Below are positions 21,852-34,244 of a DNA stretch of 64,000 nucleotides, piece after piece. The notes under the pieces were generated by a model. The model had not been told where the DNA came from. It did not search any database and worked only from the letters and a program-made list of their open reading frames with translations. How positions within the stretch are numbered: position 1 is the stretch's first letter; each line of letters opens with the position of its first letter. This DNA is from Curvularia clavata (lineage: Eukaryota), in contig CP089277.1 in NCBI GenBank assembly GCA_023920165.1, positions 930,001 through 994,000 of the forward strand, read 5' to 3'. The position numbers were made by a program, and so were the translations under genes.

Positions 21852-23326
21852 CTTCCTCGCCCGAGCCGGGCCTGGCTGAGACTTATCCCCAGGAAGAGCC
21901 CCAGCAACAGAAGCGCAAAGGCGGCCGTAAACCTGTGAGCCTTCCTGCCACCTGTTGCCTGCCATGCCCTGTGCACTCGCAGCAGCTCCCGTAACCATGT
22001 CTATGATTGAACTAACCAAGCCTCGTAAGATATATGCCACCTCGGAAGAGCGCAAGCAGCGCAATCGCCAGGCCCAGGCCGCTTTCCGTGAGCGCAGGAC
22101 TGAGTACATCAAGCAATTGGAGAGCACCATCAAGCACCATGAAGACACGCTCCAGAACCTGCAAAATAGTCACCGCAACGCCGCCGACGAATGCCTTATG
22201 CTCCGGTATAAGAATTCTCTGCTTGAGAGGATTCTACTAGAGAAAGGTAGCCCCGATTTTTTTTTCCCTTTTCTAAAACCAAACCCCCCCCTCTTCCCCA
22301 CCGTCCACCGTTTGTTGTCAACCTACATACGCTAACCCACTGCTTTTGTCCTTTAGGCATTGACGTCCAGGCTGAGTTGCGTGCAAAGACTGGCAGTCCA
22401 AATCTAGGAGCAACCAGACCTCCAGTGTCTGCCCATGCCTCACCCAACCAGGCGCCCCTCCAGCAACGTGCTATCTTGAACAGACAGCAGCAGAGGCGGT
22501 CCCTGCAGGGTCCCCCTAAGATTGATGCCTCCAATGGCCTGCCCATGATCCAACCTGATGGTCCCATTCAGCGATCTCCTTTGTCACAACCTACTCCGGG
22601 CTCCCATCTCTCATCGCCTGCTCAATCAGCAACGCGCTCGCCCAATTTCATGCCCCATGGTCAATCAGTGTCACCCAACTTTGGGCCTATGCCTTCACAG
22701 CAACAGCAACAGCAACAACAGACACAGCCACAACAGCAACAGCAACAGCCACTACGACCACAGCCACCGAGGTCAAACTTTACCCCCATGATGGGCGCCC
22801 AAAGGCCTTCGCTCGTGACAAACCAATCTTCTTCGAATGGCATGTCAAATCCATCCACTGTGGGTAGCGCTGGAAACGGCATCACTCAGAGCAGTGGTTC
22901 GTCGACATTCTACCAGACACAGTTCACGGATCACATGAGTCAACTAGGCAAGCTGACCCCTTTCTTTTCCTTTGTCTTACTTAGGTATAGGACTTTGCAA
23001 TCCTAGGCTAATATCCTTGTACAGAGCAGGAGTACGAAGAACAAGCAGACTCCTACGACCACGACGATCCCAGCGATCACTCTGCCGGACCTGGTCCATT
23101 TCCACAACAAAACTTCCCGCCCTCCAACAACATGCCTCCACCAATGCCGCCTTCTCAGAATCCTCCCTTTACGAGCCCGGCCTCATTAGCACCCAATGAC
23201 GGTGGTCAAGTCTTCAATGGCATGAGCAACAACCACCTCTTCGACCCCTACGATCCAATGCTCGACGCCGACCCGTTCGGACTCTCCGCCAGCATGCACT
23301 TCCCTACCATGTACGAAAGCAGATGA
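21770..23326 (+). CDS. meaB: bZIP transcription factor, MeaB-like
   Basis: Exons 21770-21934, 22030-22246, 22357-22947, 23025-23326 (last intron GC-AG). Basic region KRKGGRKPIYATSEERKQRNRQAQAAFRERRTEYIKQLE, zipper ECLMLRYKNSLLERILLEKG, poly-Q tract and C-terminal DPMLDADPFGLSASMHFPT. The meaB symbol is from memory of the family; an alternative start at 21794 is possible. Confidence 0.8.
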
Positions 23327-24297
23327 TGCTACGAGATCGACACGATAACTAAGAGGACATCGCGCCCGATGTCCACCAGGGACTGCGTAAAGCCTCTCAC
23401 CGATTCATACCTTCTTGATGACGTTGTTTAGCGGGCGCAACAGAGTGCTTTGACCCAATCGACCATGTGTTACGACAGTACGACAGCGCTCGATACGAGA
23501 CCACTAGTCTTGGGATGGTGTTATTCTTAAAAGTTCTTATTCGACCTGTGGCTGGATGCGACAGTTTGTATTTGTGATGGAAAAATGTTCCAGGCTCCTG
23601 CCAGGAGAATGCGGGGCATGCTTGGCAAAGCAGCCCTCCCTTCTACTGTAGCAGCGCGGCCTATTGATCTGAATTTAGAGATTTCATGTTGCTTTGTACA
23701 TATTGTAATGCGAAGCCGGCCGCAGCAGCCTATATCAGTGTCCTACAAAGTCCCTCGCAGGAAACTGACATTGACATTCAAGCTCAAAGGCAAGTTGGCC
23801 AACTCTGTGTCTCTAACCGGACCTCGCTTCAAGGCAAGATGCACTTGGCTTGTTGCGGATGAACGTCGACGTGCATCTGAGGGCGTACGTGGAATAAGCA
23901 AGCTCCAAAGCAGCTTGTCCAGCACTTTGAGCCACCGTGTGCGTAGATAAACGACTGCATTGTACGTCTTCTTTCTAGAGCCGCCTTTGCCTCATGCGAG
24001 TTACAGCATTACATCGAAGCGCCGTACGCGGCGGGGAGCAGGCGCTTCCTGGTTGCTTCTTTGTGCTTTCTACATACAAAATGGTCTGTGCCCCACTTGA
24101 CTCGCTTACGGAAGCAACCCACGCCGATTTTCGAACCTCCTCTCGTGCCCGCAACTTCGCGTCTATTACCCCGTTCGCGAGCCACACCTGAGAGCCACGT
24201 CCCTAATCACTGTAGGGAAGCTCTCGCATTCATTTTTCCACCCGGCAGATTGTGCATCTAGAAGGGCAAAGCGCGAAAGGCGCTCCAATCCGTCAAG

Positions 24298-25660
24298 ATG
24301 TCTCAAATCGCTTCCAAGGTAAGCTCCAGGTCACCCCACTGTCAAATCCAAATTCGCGCCTCGCAATTGAGAGTCGCAATGCGAAACGACAGCACTTTGT
24401 CCTATTCAAATGGCTAATATCAAGTGCAGAACATGTACGAGCTACTGGGTACGGCTCAACACTCAACACCGTCTCAAAATCATTCACTCATGACCCCGCA
24501 GGCAACGACCCTGAGCTCGACCCCAACAGGCCGGCCGACCCGCCAACAAGGGCAATTGACAAGCCCGTCATGAGGCATGGCAAGCGCGATGGATCCGACC
24601 TCCCCAAGTCCGTCTCCGAGAGGCAGAGCCACCAGAACCGTGCCAAGCAGACCGACAACGCCAACGAGAACGGTACGTCAGGCATGCCCAGCTGCTGGAG
24701 ATATACTGGCGCCACGTCATAGTATGCGTACGAGCAAATGGCTAACAAATGGCAGCTTTCCGGGATCGCGGCGTAGGATCTGACAAGAACCGTGGACGGG
24801 GATCTGGTGGTGAGTAGTGGGACACTCTCGGTTGGTCCATATTAATACTAATTCCAATCAGAGCCCACTGGTGCCCCTCGCGGTGGCCAGCGCGGTCGTG
24901 GCCGCGGTGGACGAGGAGGCCGTGGTGGTGCCCGTGGTGAGGGTGACCGTCACAGCAGGACCGGCATCAGGTGAGACATCCTCCTCGTATTAATTCAACT
25001 TGGACTATGCTGACAGCTCCTAGCGAGCACGACAAGCAGGCTGCTCATGGCTGGGGCGGAAAGGACGGTGACGCTGAATTGGCTGATGAGCAGGCTGGCG
25101 AGGCTATTGCTCAGGCCGAAGAGAAGGACGCCATCCGGGAAGATGCCGAGGCCGAGGCCGAGGCTGAGCCTGAGGACAAGAGCAAGTCCTACGCTGCCTA
25201 CCTTGCTGAGCTGGCCGAGAAGAAGCTTTCTCTTGCCGCCCAGAACGTTCGCAAGGCCAACGAGGGTAGCTCCCAGAAGTTCCCCGAGGGTACCGCCCTC
25301 TCCCGCGACGAGCAGGAAGATTTCATTGCTGGTGGTCAGGGCAAGACCAAGCGCGAACGTGCGCGCAAGGAGAAGGTCCACGTTGAGCTCGACGGCGACC
25401 GTATGCTTGCTCCCCCTCCCCGTGAGGGCGGTGGCCGAGGACGCGGCCGCGGCCGTGGCGAGTTCCGTGGCGGCGAGGGACGTGGACGTGGAACCGGTGA
25501 GGGACGTGGTCGCGGCGAGGGCCGTGGCGAGTTCCGCGGACGTGGACGTGGTGGTGAGGCTCGTGGACGTGGTGACGCCCGTGGTCGTGGAGGCCGCGGT
25601 GGTGCCCAGTCTGGCCCCAACATCACTGATTCGAGCGCCTTCCCCAGCCTTGGCGCATAG
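24298..25660 (+). CDS. STM1: Stm1/HABP4-PAI-RBP1 (SERBP1-like) ribosome- and RNA-binding protein
   Basis: Exons 24298-24318 (MSQIASK), 24430-24448 (NMYELLG), 24502-24672, 24756-24809, 24862-24970, 25024-25660. Motifs SKN.YELLGND, DRHSRTG, K....GWG, SY..YLAE, RKANEG, an RGG-rich tail and terminal FPSLG. Confidence 0.9.
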
Positions 25661-26865
25661 GAAGCGCCAGCCCTCAGTGTGGCCTAAATGCCGGACGTGT
25701 TTTGCATCCGACAGTCTGTTGTGGATGAACAAAAAACGATCGAATGAACAGCAAGGTTATTTTCACGACTGGATGAAGGAACGGACAGCTGAAGCACGAT
25801 AGCAAGCATCTATGAAACACATGGCGCCGGCCTGAGAATATTGCTTTATCTACCGGTTCCTTAAAAAATGTAGTCAACTTGAGCTCAACCTCGTCCATGT
25901 GTCTTTGATTTTAAGTCCTCGGCTTTGTGCTGTTTTGGTAGTCACTTCTTCAATGTTTCTGCTTGGTGATGATGGTAATGATATGTTGACGATGTATCAC
26001 GGAGAGGGGACAAAATCTCGTTTTCACATCGTTGTTTTGTTCCGTTTTGTCTGCTGGTCTTCTGATACGAATGGACTACATACGTACTTGTTGCCAGTGG
26101 AGCATTACTAAGTAAATACCGGACAAGTCTGGAAAAGGTGACGTGAAATGAATAATTAAGGGCAATTGGTCAGGTTGAATGAATTTATTTCTTTCAACAC
26201 CACAAGTCTTATCTTCCTCTGGAAATAATCTATATATTAAAGTATGGATGTACCGAGCATGTAATGCAAAAGAAAAAAAAGTGAGAAAACAAGAAATATA
26301 GAGGATATGCACTTATGTGTGTGTTGTCTGGATTCAATATCTACAGCTCTATATAGATGACGAATGTAATTTTGAGAGTATTGATTAGACAGCGATATAC
26401 ATCTTCACCTTCAAGTGGGAGAAGAGGAAAACAAAACAAAAAACAACGAGGAGAACCATAGTAAAGAAGAACAATAGAAAAATCATGACGCAGAAAAAGA
26501 AAAGCCAATAAAACAATCAAGGATGGCGAGAAAAAAGTAAAATAGAAAGAGAAAAAAAATCATTGATGAGATTGGGTTTGGTGGACCTAAGACAGCGATA
26601 CAATCCAGAGAGTGATAATGAGAAAAAGTAAACGTGATTATGCATATTTGCCTACAGTAGTCCTGTGGATAGGAAGGAAGTATTGCACTCATTTTACAAG
26701 TTGTGTGAGTTTTTCAATTCATACACTATAAGTACGCCGTAATAAACTCCGTTAGATGCCATGATGTCATATGCTAAAAGCAATAGAACGATTGAGCATG
26801 AAATCAAAAAAGCAAGGTCTAGCTCAGGAAGCAAATCGAGTCCAGAGCGCCTGTACCATGATTCT

Positions 26866-28656
26866 CTACGCCTCATTCCCCTGTGCAGCCATCAAGTCGT
26901 CTTTGCAGGAATCACAGACGAGTAACCTGCAATCCATGCATTCATTTGCCAGACTTATTTCTGGGCTGTTGGGAGTCGAACTTGCTGATTCAGTGAGGAG
27001 AGAGGACTTTGGAATAATGTCTTGGCTAGTTGATGCAGCTGTCAGGTCGTGTATGGATGCACGGCGCTGGTGGTGATGTGCTGGCTCAGCGGGGTACACG
27101 ACGTTGCCGTAGAGATCGCGGAGTTGCTTGGTAGGAGGATCGTTGCAGTCTATGAGCAAGGGGTCAAGGAGAGGGACACGGTGCGAGATAGGACAGCCAG
27201 GTGTACTGTTACGACGAAGTGCTGCACCGTGTCTGCCTGCCATTTGCCCTCCCGCTCTCCGATGCACGTTTGCCAGTCTGATTTCTGGATACGTTGTGCG
27301 CCAGCACTTGACGCACTCCATTGCTACATCTGAAGCATCTCTGGTGAGAGCCTGTGCAAGATCAATCTTGTATGGTGTGAAGGCGTGAGAGCAGTTCCAA
27401 AAGGGGTCGGCGACCAACTCGCCGGGGTCCTCGCCAAAGTCGAGATCTTGATCGATCCAGTATGAACTGCCTCCGCCGTCGAGATTGCGGGAAGAGGCCG
27501 GCGGTGTCTCATGTGTCACAGTTTGGCGGGTTTCTTCTTGTACAGGGTTTTCATCAGAGCCAGATAAGCTTTCACCGTCGTCTTCATCATACTCGCCATC
27601 TTCGTCGTCGCTTCGATGACAGTCCCCTCCGCAGTTGTTGGGGTCTCCCATGCAAATGTAGCAGAAATGCGCGCCGCAACGGCACTCCATGTGGTTGCAG
27701 CCATGCATGCGCCTGAGTCCATGCCGGCACTTGGGACATTGCTTGTAGCCCCATCTCTTCAGCAGCCTAGTTGTCTCTTGATCGAGTCCAAATTCAGAGA
27801 CATTGCACGGGCTGCTCGGGTGAGCAAGCTGCCGGCAGTCTAGACAAATGCTGGCTTCGCATGTTGGACATGCAAATGTCTTGGAGGTGGGCGTCCCGGT
27901 TCCTGAATCTATGCGCTTCCCATTCGTGTTTGTCCGCCCTGGGAGAAGTCGTTCTGGTATGAAAACCGAGCATGTGGCTACGGGGCAGTAGAATGGGCTT
28001 GGGGTCAACCATTCATCGTATTTAGACTTGAACAGTTGAATTTCGTCTTGAGTCAGGTGAGGCCTTGCATGACTGAGGTTGATGGGGACGCAGCACCGTG
28101 GGGGCATACGCGTCATGTCTCTGCAGGCATCGACAAACATACTCTTGATACATGATGGACAGAACGAACTATCACATTCCCAGCAAGGTTGGATGACATG
28201 CTTCATGAAATGAAGGCCCTTCTCATCTGGTAAGGGTGTGATGCAGATGACGCAGTGGAGCTGGCGCTCTTGCGGTTTGCTAAGCTGCTGGTCTGTTGGA
28301 ATGGATAGGACTGGCGCGACAGCGGGTACTTCAGGTTCGCCATCGGGAAGGCAGATCGACATCAGGCGGCGCGCTGCGTAAAAAAAGTCAAAGGTAGCTG
28401 TGAGTTCTTGCTCGTTCTTGATGGTGCCAGGAGTTGCAACGGTCGCTGATATAGGTGCAGGTGCGCTGTTCCGTCGCCGCAGATCTGTTGGCAGTATGGT
28501 TGACGAGTTCACCACAATATCGTCCTGGGAGAGTCGTGGTGCTGAGCCTTGGCGGTTTGATGATGTGTTTGTATGTTGCGTGTCGCGATAGGCAGGCACG
28601 ACAGCAGAGGCGTCAGGCTTGCACGGCGCTGCAGCGCGAGAGAGTCTGGAGCCCAT
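26866..28656 (-). CDS. RBR (RING-IBR-RING) E3 ubiquitin ligase-like protein
   Basis: Intronless ORF. RING1 CVIC...C..C...FC..C...PPRCC, IBR YCP...CS...CPTC...ICLDC...H...C, RING2 KQCPKC......GCNHMECRCGAHFCYIC. Likely start MGSRLS at 28656. Confidence 0.88.
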   Translation of the reverse strand: MGSRLSRAAAPCKPDASAVVPAYRDTQHTNTSSNRQGSAPRLSQDDIVVNSSTILPTDLRRRNSAPAPISATVATPGTIKNEQELTATFDFFYAARRLMSICLPDGEPEVPAVAPVLSIPTDQQLSKPQERQLHCVICITPLPDEKGLHFMKHVIQPCWECDSSFCPSCIKSMFVDACRDMTRMPPRCCVPINLSHARPHLTQDEIQLFKSKYDEWLTPSPFYCPVATCSVFIPERLLPGRTNTNGKRIDSGTGTPTSKTFACPTCEASICLDCRQLAHPSSPCNVSEFGLDQETTRLLKRWGYKQCPKCRHGLRRMHGCNHMECRCGAHFCYICMGDPNNCGGDCHRSDDEDGEYDEDDGESLSGSDENPVQEETRQTVTHETPPASSRNLDGGGSSYWIDQDLDFGEDPGELVADPFWNCSHAFTPYKIDLAQALTRDASDVAMECVKCWRTTYPEIRLANVHRRAGGQMAGRHGAALRRNSTPGCPISHRVPLLDPLLIDCNDPPTKQLRDLYGNVVYPAEPAHHHQRRASIHDLTAASTSQDIIPKSSLLTESASSTPNSPEISLANECMDCRLLVCDSCKDDLMAAQGNEA

Positions 28657-30765
28657 GGCGATAATGGTTGATTCATAACACTCGAGAGATTCACACATTA
28701 TATCATATCATAAGGAACTTGAGGGCAATGATACGAGCCTGACTCCAACGGAAACGAGGTTTGACTCAAAGAAGGGCTGTGTTGCCTTGCGGCTGCCTGG
28801 AGGGTCTGATCATGATTGGTTCCAGCCGCATAGAATCGACGCAGCCCATCACTGCCAAACCTCTTCTGGCCGCGATGAGATGATTATGCCTTGTAATGGA
28901 TCCAAATGATGTTTTGATGGTCGTTCATTGATGGATGCTGTCCTTGGCATCAGCAGGATAAGGCTGAGGGGAGCCAGCGACTCCTCCGCCCTTTGGTACA
29001 CAAGCTGAGATAAGACATGTGGGTGGCATGCGTCAGAGACGTTTTGCCCTTTTGACGACGCCGAGTAACGCTCACGCAGGCTTACGTCTCAACTCTGAGT
29101 AACAAGTATTTGTATGTAGGCATGAGGTTGGTGTGACTATTGGTCCGTGCACAACAAGGCAGGCGGGTCGCAGTTGAGTTTAATTGCTCCCTCACCCTCG
29201 TCACGGTTCTCGGGATAATTTAAGCCTCAAAAAATTGCAGGATGACCGACATTTTCCAGGGCTGCGTATACTCTCCTGCTCACACCCCCACACGAGCAAT
29301 CATTGGACAAGGACTTTGTTCCATGTATATGTGTTTGCATGCCGCGGCCTGGGGATCGCTATGGTCCGGCTTGCCCCTGATGTTCTGCAGAAACGATTGG
29401 ACATGAAGCAATCTCCAGAGGCATTCCGAGCTAGTATGAAAGATCATCTCCGATAGCCGTCACCTTTGGGTGGCGACTTTCCTAAAATTAAACAATGCTT
29501 TTTTGTTGCACGCAGCCTACATGAGAGTTTGCTTGAGCTCGTCGGCTACCACCTGAAAGTCCAAGTCAACAACGGCCGTCGCACATTCAGCTGTTTGCAT
29601 TACTATGTAAATTGTGTAATCGGACCAGAGCAGCAGCTCTATCTCAAGAGGTCATGTGTTTTGAAAAGCCATGAAATTCACAACGGCGCCAAGGGGGAAG
29701 TTCTAGAAACTAGCGCTAGCGAGCCGCCTCCATGCGGGGTTATACGCGTATTGGCCAATGCAGATTCTTGGTCGGCCGAAAGCTACCATGATACTTTTGC
29801 CTCATGGACTAACAACGGCCTTCTCTGGTAGCGAAGCAAGCCTGAGCATAGAGTGACCATGTGGTTCCTCTGATCTTGGTGGTCACCATCCAGATCTGCC
29901 TTGAGCTAGCATCGCGAGGGAGGGAGGCCTGGCACTCTGCAGACTCTGGAGACTGAAGACTCGGAACGATTTGTACCGATGACATAGCTCCGAGGCACCG
30001 GCAGTATCTTGACCCGTCTCCGTCGCAACTAATAGTACATAGTACAAGAGGAGGTGGATAGGCCAGGCAAGCCGCTATACCTAATCGCATGCCGAGGGGG
30101 TTCGACGGCGCGGGATTCCGGTTGGTGTGGACGCGATGCTACTTGTAGACGGAAATGTGGTACTGATGGGTCTACATCGGAGGCGGCGTGTCGGTGACGT
30201 GAGTGACTTTTTTGCATGTACCACTTGGCGGGTGGAGCAACGGACAAGAGACTAGGACCGTTTTTCACATTGCTTACCAGATGATGCGGTGGAACAGTGT
30301 ACTAAGACGTGCGTGGCGGGCTGCTAGTTTCTTGGTCACCAACCCAACGGCTAACGTGCAGTCGTGCATCTAGGGGGTAGGACGGACGCTGTGCCCCAAA
30401 AAGTAATACCGAAGTATAGCCAATGTGTACCTACATACATGTGTGCGGCCCAGATGAGCTAGGGGGATACGTACGGCGCAGCTTCCGAGGAGTACTTGGG
30501 GGTATCCCGCAAATCAAGGCATTGCGGAAGCTTGCAGGACCGATGCGAGGTTGGGAAGAAACATGCTGCTACGACATGGAACCCCGCCCGTATGCTGGGC
30601 GCCGTGCTGGGCGTGAGGGAAATAACACTGATGGACGGGTAGTGCGCGATGGACCCCCTCGCCGTCAGCGTTTTGGCGTTTTGTGGCGTCGGAGATGGCT
30701 TTGGAGAGGAGCTTATGTGCACGTCCGAAATTTGGCAGATGACGATGTACAAGGCCTTTCGGGGA

Positions 30766-30779
30766 CGGCTCAAGTGCCG
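30766..30779. promoter_or_regulatory. Candidate ClrB/CLR-2-type site CGG-N8-CCG upstream of the GH3 gene
   Basis: CGGCTCAAGTGCCG about 560 bp upstream of the ATG. GGCTAA (XlnR-like) near 30349 and SYGGRG (CreA-like) near 31091 and 31150 are also present. These are short motifs that can occur by chance. Confidence 0.3.
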
Positions 30780-31334
30780 ACCACGCTCCCCTGTAGAAAG
30801 GATGGGCGGCATGTGTGTCGAGGATGCCCTCGTTCCCGTGAGCATCGGGATCGGCCTGGCATGAGGCGTTCACCCAGGGCGTCGGCGTGCACTGTTGTTG
30901 TTCTGCAGCGGTTCTATAGTGCAAGGCGGGCTTGTTCTACGCCAAAATAGTACCGTACCGTAGGCCATGGTAGGGGATGCCCAAAAAGACGCCGTGCCCG
31001 GGTAGGTAGCACACGTCGAGAGGCAACTAGTGGTCGAACAAGGGTCAGCAGGTTATGCACCATGGTCCCCGCAGCCAGATGCATCCTGGAGCTGGGGATG
31101 GGATGGGGCAATGTGCATGGTGCATGGTACTAGCATGGGGAGATGAGTCGCTGGGGGAAGATCTTCCCTGGTCGCTGACTTCGCCGCGCAAACAAATAAA
31201 GCTGTCATGACGCCCGTAACTTTTGCTGCACTGTCTGCGAGCGCATTCGAGTCCTCGTTGCACGTCGTCTCAGTAATAGCCTCTATTACTGTGTTGTTGC
31301 TTGTGCCTCTTCTTTTGCGGTGCCCATCGTCATC

Positions 31335-34244
31335 ATGCTGTGGCTTACACAAGCATTGTTGGCGGGCCTTGCCCATGCCCATGTACGCGTCTTCCCTTCG
31401 CAGCTTCGCTGGCAACCTCCCACTGACAATTCCCAAAGGTCTCCAGCAAGTTCCCTCGAGCCTCCAACGACACGAGCAGTGACAGCTTGAACAATGCTCA
31501 GAGCCCTCCATTCTACCCCAGCCCGTATGTATCTCCTGCCTCCCCTGCAAGCAATCCCCAGATTGCCGCGAGTAATGCGCATTCGGCAGTGGGCTTGTGC
31601 GGAACGGGCGCCACTCCACACGCCCCAAAAAACGCCCCAAAGCCGTCGCAAACTTGGCACCGCCAACATGGCAACTCCATACTGAGCCATGGCTAATTGT
31701 GTGCTAGTTGGGTAGAGCCCACCACCCAGGACTGGGCTGCGGCCTATGAGAAGGCAAAGGCCTTTGTCAGCCAATTGACCCTCCTCGAGAAGGTCAACCT
31801 CACCACCGGCACTGGATGGCAGAGCGAGTCTTGCGTTGGCAACGTTGGTGCTATTCCTCGCCTCGGCTTCGATGCCCTCTGCATGCAGGACAGCCCTCTG
31901 GGCGTCCGTTTCGCAGACTACGTCTCTGCTTTCCCAGCAGGCGGCACCATTGCTGCGTCTTGGGACCGCAAGGAGTTCTACCGCCGCGGTAACGAGATGG
32001 GCAAGGAGCACCATGGAAAAGGTGTCGATGTCCAACTTGGTCCAGCCATTGGACCTCTTGGTCGCCACGCCAAGGGCGGTGTAAGTGTCCAGTTCTGCCA
32101 AAATATAAATATGGCTGCTAACAGGCTCGTAGCGCAACTGGGAAGGCTTCAGCCCTGACCCTGTTCTGTCTGGTGTCGCAGTTGGCGAAACCGTCCGTGG
32201 TATTCAGGATGCCGGTGTCATTGCTTGCACCAAGCACTACATTCTGAATGAGCAGGAGCACTTCCGACAGCCCGGCAATTTTGAGGACTTTGGCTTCGTC
32301 GATGCCCTCAGCTCCAATGTCGACGACAAGACTCTGCACGAGCTCTACCTGTGGCCCTTTGCCGACGCTGTTCGCGCCGGTACTGGTTCCATCATGTGCT
32401 CTTACAACAAAATCAACAACTCGCAAGCCTGCCAGAACTCGTACCTCCAGAACTACATCCTGAAGGGCGAGCTTGGTTTCCAAGGTTTCATCATGTCTGA
32501 CTGGGATGCTCAGCACTCTGGTGTTGCTTCCGCCTATGCTGGGCTGGACATGACGATGCCTGGTGACACTGGCTTCAACTCTGGCCTGTCCTTCTGGGGC
32601 ACCAACTTGACTGTCTCGGTTCTCAATGGCACTATCCCCCAGTGGCGCCTTGACGATGCGGCTATCCGTATCATGACTGCCTACTACTTTGTCGGCCGTG
32701 ACGAGTCTACCCCTGTCAACTTTGACAGCTGGTCCCGTGACACATACGGATACGAGCACTTTTTCGCAAAGACGGGTTACAAGCTGATCAACCAACACGT
32801 TGACGTCCGCGACAAGCACTTCCGCTCTATCCGTCAGGCTGCTGCTAAGTCGACGGTTCTCCTCAAGAACTCTGGCGTGCTCCCCCTTTCTGGCGAGGAG
32901 AAGTGGACTGCTGTCTTTGGAGAAGATGCCGGTGAGAACCCATTGGGTCCCAACGGATGCTCTGACCGCGGCTGTGACAAGGGCACCTTGGCCATGGGAT
33001 GGGGCTCTGGAACTGCTGACTTCCCTTACCTCATTACTCCTCTCGAGGCCATCAAGCGCGAGGTCAACGAGAACGGTGGTGTGATTACTTCCGTCACCGA
33101 CAACTACGCTTCTGGCCAAATCCAGAGCATGGCTTCTCAGGCTAGCCATGCCATTGTCTTCGTCAACGCCGACGCTGGTGAAGGTTACATTACTGTTGAT
33201 GGCAACATGGGTGACCGCAACAACCTCACTGTATGGGGCAATGGCGATGTGGTCGTCCAGAACGTGTCTGCTCTCTGCAACAACACCATTGTCGTTGTCC
33301 ACTCTGTTGGTCCAGTTGTCATGGATGCATGGAAAAACAACGACAACATCACTGCTATCCTCTGGGCTGGTCTTCCTGGTCAGGAGTCTGGTAACTCGAT
33401 TGCCGACATCCTGTACGGACACCACAACCCTGGAGGCAAGCTGCCTTTCACCATTGGTACCTCTTCGGATGAGTATGGTCCTGATGTCATCTACGAGCCC
33501 ACCAATGGAAACGGCAGCCCTCAGGCCAACTTCGAGGAGGGCGTCTTCATTGACTACCGTGCATTCGACAAGAAGAACATCACTCCTACGTATGAGTTTG
33601 GCTATGGTCTTTCGTACACGACTTTCGAGTTCTCCGACCTCAGTATTACCAAGGTCTCTGCCTCGGCCTACAAGCCTTTCAGCGGCAAGACGATTGCGGC
33701 ACCTACGTTCGGAAACTTCAGCAAGGACACTGAGCAATACCAGTTCCCTGCTGACTTTGTTCGGCCTGCCACATACATTTACCCTTACCTCAACTCGACG
33801 GATCTCAAGGAGGCGTCGCAGGATCCCGAGTACGGTCTCAACTACACGTGGCCCCAAGGCTCTACTGATGGTTCGCCTCAAGCTCGCATTGCAGCTGGTG
33901 GCGCACCTGGTGGTAACCCTCAGCTCTGGGACGTACTCTTCAAGATTGAGGCTAAGATCACCAACACGGGTGACTGTGCTGGTGACGAGGTTGCCCAGGC
34001 CTACGTCTCTCTTGGTGGACCCGAGGACCCCAAGGTGCAGCTCCGTGCTTTTGACCGCTTGACAGTTCAGCCCGGTGAGAGTGTGACTTTCACGGCCGAG
34101 ATCACTCGCCGTGATCTGAGCAACTGGGACACTGTCAGCCAGAACTGGTACATTTCCGAGTACCCCAAGACGATCCACGTGGGATCCAGTTCGAGGACAC
34201 TTCCTCTTTCGGCCCCGCTGGACACTAGCGACTTCAAGGCCTAG
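31335..34244 (+). CDS. Secreted glycoside hydrolase family 3 beta-glucosidase (BglA/Bgl1-like)
   Basis: Exons 31335-31382 (signal peptide MLWLTQALLAGLAHA), 31439-31524, 31708-32080, 32133-34244. Motifs SPPFYPSPW, CMQDSPLGVR, GGRNWEGFSPDP, KHYILNEQE, MCSYNKIN, nucleophile motif MSDW, and a FnIII-like tail (PGGNPQLWD, RRDLSNWD). Confidence 0.96.

Noticed and set aside
21770..23326. bZIP as HAC1 (Ire1-spliced intron) or Gcn4/CpcA
   Set aside because: The basic-region sequence and domain position do not match those families, and all introns are spliceosomal.
24995..25802. Long antisense and alternative-frame ORFs over STM1 (also over DNAJC7, the dehydrogenase and the KH gene)
   Set aside because: Codon-bias shadows of highly expressed genes.
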